A stretch of 32,416 nucleotides of DNA from positions 1 to 32,416 of the IMG/VR virus record IMGVR_UViG_3300020414_000204. One strand, written 5' to 3'. The stretch comes from a virus. Its lineage: Duplodnaviria > Caudoviricetes. Made by a program: the position numbers and the translations under genes. Below are positions 27,208 through 32,416 of the stretch, one piece after another. Position 1 is the first letter of the stretch. The number at the start of each line of letters is the position of its first letter. Under the pieces are notes generated by a model. The model saw only the letters and a program-made list of their open reading frames with translations, did not search any database and had not been told where the DNA came from.

Positions 27208-27619
27208 AACTGAAGTACAGTGGAAGCAATCTGATATGATTGAAGTGGTTCTTAAAGAACCAGATGATTTCCTCAAGGTGAGAGAAACACTGACTAGGAT
27301 TGGTGTAGCATCACGCAAAGAAAAAAAGATTTATCAGTCCTGTCATATTCTACATAAGCAGGGCAAGTATTATATTGTACACTTTAAAGAATTGTTTGCC
27401 TTGGATGGTAAGAAAACAAACTTTTCTTTGAATGATGTGCAGCGTCGTAACCGTATCGTTCAGTTGCTGAGTGACTGGGGATTGATTGGTGTTGTCAACG
27501 CAGAACAAATTGCTGATCTGGCACCACTAAATCAAATTAAAGTCCTAGCATTTAAAGAAAAGGGTGAGTGGACACTAGAAAGTAAGTATAATATCGGAAG
27601 GAAGAAGCAAGAGGTCTGA
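27197..27619 (+). CDS. regA: Translational repressor RegA
   Basis: DDFLKVRETLTRIG, YQSCHILHKQG.YYIVHFKE and RRNRI..LL.DWGL. Confidence 0.97.
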   Translation: MSVETEVQWKQSDMIEVVLKEPDDFLKVRETLTRIGVASRKEKKIYQSCHILHKQGKYYIVHFKELFALDGKKTNFSLNDVQRRNRIVQLLSDWGLIGVVNAEQIADLAPLNQIKVLAFKEKGEWTLESKYNIGRKKQEV

Positions 27620-28329
27620 TGCCTGGCGTGAATGAATTAGGGATCAAGCAGTCAACGCTTGACCCTAAACTACATCGATGGAAAACTAATCCTTTAACAA
27701 CATTTGCTCCAAATGTTGATGTTTCCCTGTACATTGATAAGTATGCAGGAAATATTTCATCCAAACTCAAACGCATCATTCAGAAAGCGGGTGTTGGATC
27801 TTATAATGAGAGTATAACAAACAACAATTTCTTTGATCAGTGGACAAAATACAATCTATTTGATTGGGATGAACCATGCATTAAGGAATTAAAATCTAAA
27901 ATCTATGAGACATATGTCCATTATTGTATGTCTCTGAATGTTTATGCAGAAGAACGAGAAAATTTATTAATTCGTGGGTGGGGAGTTCGATTAGAACCAG
28001 GAGAACCAATTGGTATGCACTCCCATTCATTGCATGACTATACCTTTGTCAGTGGTAACATGAGTCTAGATGACTACCCTACCTCAACTGACTATTGGTT
28101 GCCTCTTTTTAGTTTATATGACGGACCATTTGAGTGTCCGAACAAGAAAGGAACTATCTGTTTATTTCCTTCATGGTTGCAGCATGGTGTTGCAAATAAT
28201 TCAGCAGGTCAGGTTCGGTTTTCACTAGCATTTGATCTTTTCATCAAGGATGATATCAAATTTGTACTGAAAACCGAATCACAAAGTTCGGATCTTGCTA
28301 AAATTATTGCAAAAGCATCGCCACTTTAG
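27619..28329 (+). CDS. Putative 2OG-Fe(II) oxygenase (HxH type)
   Basis: HSH, SGN, G.I.LFPSWL.H.V..N and R.SLAFD. Confidence 0.82.
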   Translation: MPGVNELGIKQSTLDPKLHRWKTNPLTTFAPNVDVSLYIDKYAGNISSKLKRIIQKAGVGSYNESITNNNFFDQWTKYNLFDWDEPCIKELKSKIYETYVHYCMSLNVYAEERENLLIRGWGVRLEPGEPIGMHSHSLHDYTFVSGNMSLDDYPTSTDYWLPLFSLYDGPFECPNKKGTICLFPSWLQHGVANNSAGQVRFSLAFDLFIKDDIKFVLKTESQSSDLAKIIAKASPL

Positions 28330-28338
28330 TGTTATAAT
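28330..28338 (+). promoter_or_regulatory. Extended -10 promoter for hsp20
   Basis: TGT-TATAAT. No canonical -35 at 17 bp. TATAATTA is also one mismatch from the late consensus. Confidence 0.6.
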
Positions 28339-28356
28339 TATACCTGTAAGAGGATG

Positions 28357-28435
28357 AGGGGTGTTCGCACCCCCCTTTTACGCCAGGTTGCCTTCGGGGA
28401 CCACACAACACAAACTCGCTTATCAAGGAGCTATC
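28357..28435 (+). promoter_or_regulatory. Structured hsp20 5' leader (two UUCG hairpins plus an SD-occluding hairpin)
   Basis: GGGGTG-TTCG-CACCCC then TTTTT; GGTTGCC-TTCG-GGGACC; CTCGCTT-ATC-AAGGAG. Confidence 0.65.
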
Positions 28436-28870
28436 ATGGCAGATCTAATGCGCTTTAATGCAGCTAATGTAAACCAACTGTTCGATAGAATCAACAGGAA
28501 CAGTATTGGTATGGATGAATATTTTGATAGAATTTTTTCTCTACACGAAACTACATCAAACTACCCACCATATAATCTAGTTCAAGTAAATAATATCTTG
28601 ACAAAACTAGAACTAGCACTTGCTGGATTTAAGAAAGGAGAAGTATATGTCTACACGCAAGACGGAAAATTATTCGTCGAAGGACAAAAAGAAGATAAAG
28701 AAACTGAGACAACATATGTCCATAGAGGAGTGGCTCAACGATCTTTCACCAGAGCATGGACACTGGCAGACGATACGGAAGTTGGATCAGTTGAATTTGA
28801 GGATGGGATGCTAGTGATCGAACTGAATAAAATCGTACCCGAGCGCCATCAACGCAAAGACTACCTCTGA
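28436..28870 (+). CDS. hsp20: Small heat-shock protein (IbpA/Hsp20 family)
   Basis: NYPPYN, LELALAGF, HRG.A.RSF.R.W.L and F.DGML.I.L...VPE; SD AAGGAG before ATG 28436. Confidence 0.95.
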   Translation: MADLMRFNAANVNQLFDRINRNSIGMDEYFDRIFSLHETTSNYPPYNLVQVNNILTKLELALAGFKKGEVYVYTQDGKLFVEGQKEDKETETTYVHRGVAQRSFTRAWTLADDTEVGSVEFEDGMLVIELNKIVPERHQRKDYL

Positions 28871-28871
28871 C

Positions 28872-28900
28872 TTGACAGTCACCCATTTATAGTTTAGAAT
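28872..28900 (+). promoter_or_regulatory. Early sigma70-type promoter for the gp43 operon
   Basis: TTGACA-N17-TAGAAT. Confidence 0.85.
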
Positions 28901-28924
28901 ACAACCGTACAAGTTTGCAAACTT

Positions 28925-29344
28925 ATGACTACTGAGACTCAAATTAATCATAATATTCGTATCATTACGATTCAGACTGGTGAAAACATTATCTGCAACT
29001 TTACTCAAGTTCGCGAAGAAGATAAGTTTGTTGCATATCAATTGCTGTACCCACTGGTCATGACTCTTGAATCAGACGATCCTGCTAACGAACAGTATCG
29101 TGTGAACTATCGTCGTTGGAATGTCTTCACTCCATACGAAGACTTCCGACTCAACCCTTCTCATGTGGTGACTGCTATGCCACCTAATGAAGACATTCTT
29201 GTTAATTATATTAGCAAGTTGAAAGAGGCAGGTGTTGACCTTTCGTTCATTCCTAATAATGGTGAGGATATTCTAAATGGAACCGATGGAAACCGAGGTG
29301 CGGCTGCTGAGACTTCAGGACCAGTGGCTGCTAGCGTTAGTTGA
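28925..29344 (+). CDS. Conserved hypothetical protein, probable Sm-like fold
   Basis: IRIITIQTGENII...L.YPL...W..F....F......VVT..PP pattern. Confidence 0.75.
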   Translation: MTTETQINHNIRIITIQTGENIICNFTQVREEDKFVAYQLLYPLVMTLESDDPANEQYRVNYRRWNVFTPYEDFRLNPSHVVTAMPPNEDILVNYISKLKEAGVDLSFIPNNGEDILNGTDGNRGAAAETSGPVAASVS

Positions 29345-29534
29345 TGAGGTGGAGGATGTACAGTACGGTGATCCCGACTGCATCCTCAAGCGTCCTCTGG
29401 AGGTCAATGGAGATCAACTCACTCCATGGCCTCCTTACTCTGATGATACTGAAGTTGTTGTCAGATCGTCAGACATTACAGTTCTGGTAAATGCATCCAG
29501 AAAAATGACTGCCCGTTACATTGAATTTGAATGA
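29277..29534 (+). CDS. Conserved hypothetical protein, probable Sm-like fold
   Basis: SD GAGGA; GDPDC.L..P, L.PWP..S; ATGA-coupled to gp43. Confidence 0.75.
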   Translation: MEPMETEVRLLRLQDQWLLALVDEVEDVQYGDPDCILKRPLEVNGDQLTPWPPYSDDTEVVVRSSDITVLVNASRKMTARYIEFE

Positions 29535-32020
29535 AGTTTTATACTAATGTTGAGCAGGCGGGCAACCGTCTGCTCGTTCGTGGTCATGAAAATGGGCATT
29601 CTTTCTCATACAGGGTCAACTTCAACCCGACCCTGTATGTCCCTACAAAAAATTATTCAGAATGGCGTACCCTAGAGGGTGATTGTGTCGAACCAGTGAA
29701 GCAAGGTTCTATCAATGACGCCAAGGAATTCATAAAGAGATACCGTGATGTAGAAGACTTCGATATATACGGTAACAGTAGATTTTTATATCAATATATC
29801 GCAGAGGAGTATCCACAAGATGAACTCAAATTCGACAGCAGTGCCATCCGCATATTTAACATCGATATTGAGACCGCTGCCGAGAACGGATTTCCAGATA
29901 TCGAGACTGCCGATCAGGCAATCCTTGCCATCAGTATCAAAGACAGCTTCACTGGTCGCATTGTTGTGTTCGGGGCACGAGCATACGATAACAGGGACCC
30001 CCTGGTGGACTACATGCATTTCAAAACAGAAAAGGGAATGCTGGGTGCGTTCTTGGAATACTGGAATGAAAACTTCCCTGATGTAATTACTGGTTGGAAT
30101 GTTCAGCTTTTTGATATTCCCTATATTGCTAGGCGCATTGATAGGATTCTTGGTGAGAGATATACTAAGATGCTTAGTCCTTGGAAGCTTGTTTCTTATA
30201 GGGAAATTTTTATTAAAGGACGTAAACAAATTGCCTACGATCTTCCTGGCATTTCTACTCTGGATTACCTTGAATTATACAGAAAGTTCACCTACACTAA
30301 TCAAGAATCTTATCGACTCGACCACATCTGCAGCGTCGAACTCGGAGAGAAAAAATTAGACCACTCAGAGTACGATACCTTCAAAGAATTCTACGAGAAC
30401 GATTGGCAAAAGTTCATTGACTACAACATCCACGATGTTCGTCTGGTTGATAAACTTGACAATAAGATGAAGTTACTTGACTTGGCATTCACCATGGCAT
30501 ATGATGCTAAGGTGAACTATGAAGATGTGTTTTCTCAAGTTCGCATGTGGGATAACTATATCTATGTCGAACTGCTCAAACGGAAGATTGCGATCCCTCC
30601 TAAAAAGCAGAACGACAAGTCAGAAAAGTACGCGGGTGCATATGTCAAGGAACCGAAACCAGGAATCTATGATTGGGTTGTCAGTTTTGACCTTAACTCT
30701 CTGTATCCTCATCTTATTATGCAGTACAATATCTCACCAGAGACGCTACTGGATGAGAGACATCCCAGCGCGACTGTTGATGGATTCCTCAAGCAGGAAG
30801 TAACTGTTGATGGTGAGTATGCTGTCTGTGCTAACGGTGCCCAGTACCGTAAGGACATTCATGGTTTCTTGCCAGAGATGATGCAGAAGATGTATGACAG
30901 TCGCGTCATTTTTAAAAAGAAAATGATCGCTGCCAAAAAAGAATATGAAAAAAATCCGTCCGTTGAACTTACCAACGAAATATCCAGATGTAACAACATC
31001 CAGATGGCTAAGAAAATTAGTCTTAATAGTGCTTATGGCGCTATCGGTAACGAGCATTTTCGTTATTACAGGCTCGCAAATGCAGAAGCAATCACACTGT
31101 CAGGACAACTCTCTATCAGGTGGATAGAGAACCGCATGAACGAGTATCTAAATAATCTTTTGCAAACGGAGAGGAAGGATTATGTCATTGCATCTGACAC
31201 TGACTCAATCTATCTTAACCTTGGACCTCTTGTTAGTAAATTTTTTGCTAATAAGTCTGGCGACAAAGCAGCGATTGTTACCATACTTGACAAGATCTGC
31301 CAGGAGAAACTGGAACCTTTTATTGAGAGTTCATATGAACAACTGGCGTCGTATGTTTCGGCATACGATCAAAAAATGCAGATGAAGCGAGAGAATATCG
31401 CAGACAAAGGTATCTGGACTGCCAAGAAGCGATACATATTGAATGTGTGGGACAGCGAGGGTGTCAGATACAAGCAACCCAAGATGAAAATCATGGGTCT
31501 TGAGACTGCCAGGTCATCGACTCCTGCTTATTTTAGAGACAAACTCTATGAAGCATTCAAACTCATCATCAGCAAAACAAATGATGATCTCATCAATTTC
31601 ATCGATGAGGTCAAACGCGACACGCGCAATCAAGAATATGAATATGTCGCGTTCCCCAGAGGATGCAACGGAGTGGACAAATATTATCACCCGAAAGAAA
31701 TCTACCAAAAGGGCACACCAATTCATGTCAGAGGCGCTCTCCTCTATAACCACTTGGTGCGAAAAAACAAAGTCCAAAACAAATACCAAATGATTCAGGA
31801 AGGTGAGAAGATTAAGTTCATCTACCTGAAGACACCCAATCCAGCGATGGAGAATGTTATTTCATTCTTCAGCACCATACCACCAGAGTTCAACCTGGAT
31901 AAGTATGTGGATTATCAAACACAATTCGAGAAGTCCTTCTTGGATCCTCTCAAAAATGTGCTACAATGCATTGGTTGGACCCATGAGAAGGTCATCACTA
32001 TTGGGAGCTTCTTTGAATGA
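29531..32020 (+). CDS. gp43: Family B DNA polymerase
   Basis: Exo I DIET, SFDLNSLYP, KKISLNSAYG, SDTDS and KKRY; uninterrupted 829 aa. Confidence 0.99.
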   Translation: MKFYTNVEQAGNRLLVRGHENGHSFSYRVNFNPTLYVPTKNYSEWRTLEGDCVEPVKQGSINDAKEFIKRYRDVEDFDIYGNSRFLYQYIAEEYPQDELKFDSSAIRIFNIDIETAAENGFPDIETADQAILAISIKDSFTGRIVVFGARAYDNRDPLVDYMHFKTEKGMLGAFLEYWNENFPDVITGWNVQLFDIPYIARRIDRILGERYTKMLSPWKLVSYREIFIKGRKQIAYDLPGISTLDYLELYRKFTYTNQESYRLDHICSVELGEKKLDHSEYDTFKEFYENDWQKFIDYNIHDVRLVDKLDNKMKLLDLAFTMAYDAKVNYEDVFSQVRMWDNYIYVELLKRKIAIPPKKQNDKSEKYAGAYVKEPKPGIYDWVVSFDLNSLYPHLIMQYNISPETLLDERHPSATVDGFLKQEVTVDGEYAVCANGAQYRKDIHGFLPEMMQKMYDSRVIFKKKMIAAKKEYEKNPSVELTNEISRCNNIQMAKKISLNSAYGAIGNEHFRYYRLANAEAITLSGQLSIRWIENRMNEYLNNLLQTERKDYVIASDTDSIYLNLGPLVSKFFANKSGDKAAIVTILDKICQEKLEPFIESSYEQLASYVSAYDQKMQMKRENIADKGIWTAKKRYILNVWDSEGVRYKQPKMKIMGLETARSSTPAYFRDKLYEAFKLIISKTNDDLINFIDEVKRDTRNQEYEYVAFPRGCNGVDKYYHPKEIYQKGTPIHVRGALLYNHLVRKNKVQNKYQMIQEGEKIKFIYLKTPNPAMENVISFFSTIPPEFNLDKYVDYQTQFEKSFLDPLKNVLQCIGWTHEKVITIGSFFE

Positions 32021-32190
32021 CAAAAGTATTTGTAGTTACCTGGACCAATCATGTCGTGGGACAAATTGGTCCTGAAGATGTCAAGTGTTTTGAAAACTAT
32101 GACACTGCTCGTGCATTTGCGAAAATGATGAGCAACGATTATAATTATGTAAACTTTTACGAGGACGAAGCAACGCAATGGGATTCTTAG
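32017..32190 (+). CDS. Hypothetical protein, 57 aa ([18 protein letters not shown]...)
   Basis: ATGA overlap with the gp43 stop; read manually. Confidence 0.7.
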   Translation: MTKVFVVTWTNHVVGQIGPEDVKCFENYDTARAFAKMMSNDYNYVNFYEDEATQWDS

Positions 32191-32416
32191 ATTCTGTAAT
32201 TAAAGATAGTGGAAATGAATTTGCTGGTTTGGTTAGCGAAGGAGTTGCTGCTGGCGACATTACTAACTATGTCGATACTGGCAGTTACATCTTTAACGCC
32301 TTGGTTAGTGGTTCGCTGTATGGAGGTCTTCCTTCCAACAAAGTTACTGCCTTGGCAGGAGAATCAAGCACGGGCAAGACTTTTTTTGCTCTCAGCGTCG
32401 TTCGTAATTTCCTTGA
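32178..32416 (+). CDS. uvsX: RecA-like recombinase UvsX, 3'-truncated by window edge
   Basis: [10 protein letters not shown]...[34 protein letters not shown] (Walker A). Confidence 0.95.
   Translation, partial: MGFLDSVIKDSGNEFAGLVSEGVAAGDITNYVDTGSYIFNALVSGSLYGGLPSNKVTALAGESSTGKTFFALSVVRNFL

Noticed and set aside
28361-28435. N-terminal extension of hsp20 from GTG 28361
   Set aside because: This is the structured leader; the SD AAGGAG points to ATG 28436.
152-32178. Numerous minus-strand and alternate-frame ORFs of 60-213 aa (e.g. 5377-5799, 21471-22109, 29786-30229)
   Set aside because: They lie within well-identified + strand genes and lack recognisable motifs. They are expected shadows of codon bias.
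1-32416. Introns, inteins, tRNAs, CRISPR arrays, transposases, recoded stop codons
   Set aside because: Core genes (gp20, gp23, uvsW, gp46, gp43) are uninterrupted and of normal size in the standard code. Intergenic gaps are too short, and I saw no cloverleaf or repeat-spacer pattern.

Overview
This window is the core genome of a T4-like myovirus, most likely a marine cyanophage. That assignment rests on the gene set and order, plus the cobS-like AAA+ ATPase, hsp20, 2OG-Fe(II) oxygenases and a DUF3110-like gene. All real genes are on the + strand. The left part is the late morphogenesis module: gp17 (partial), gp18, gp19, gp20, a core protein, gp21, gp22, gp23, seven microproteins and gp3, punctuated by T4-type late promoters (nnTAAATA). 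Next come uvsY, uvsW, gp55, gp47 and gp46, then a peptidase-vWA / MoxR-AAA+ pair split by a self-contained insert. The right part is the replication module (gp45, gp44, gp62, regA, hsp20, gp43, uvsX partial) interleaved with three 2OG-Fe(II) oxygenases, a DenV-like glycosylase and an orphan Dam methylase. I saw no tRNA, CRISPR array, intron, intein or transposase. The most notable observations are mostly non-coding: (1) back-to-back sigma70 promoters before gp55, one firing antisense; (2) a shared palindrome plus -10 plus leader architecture before both the vWA-peptidase and the AAA+ ATPase, whose N-terminus looks like an HTH; (3) a three-hairpin hsp20 leader with an occluded SD; (4) a strong hairpin at the start of the portal gene; (5) a nested domain insertion in the tail sheath; (6) three paralogous Sm-like proteins. 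All family calls come from motif recognition by eye, not from database searches.
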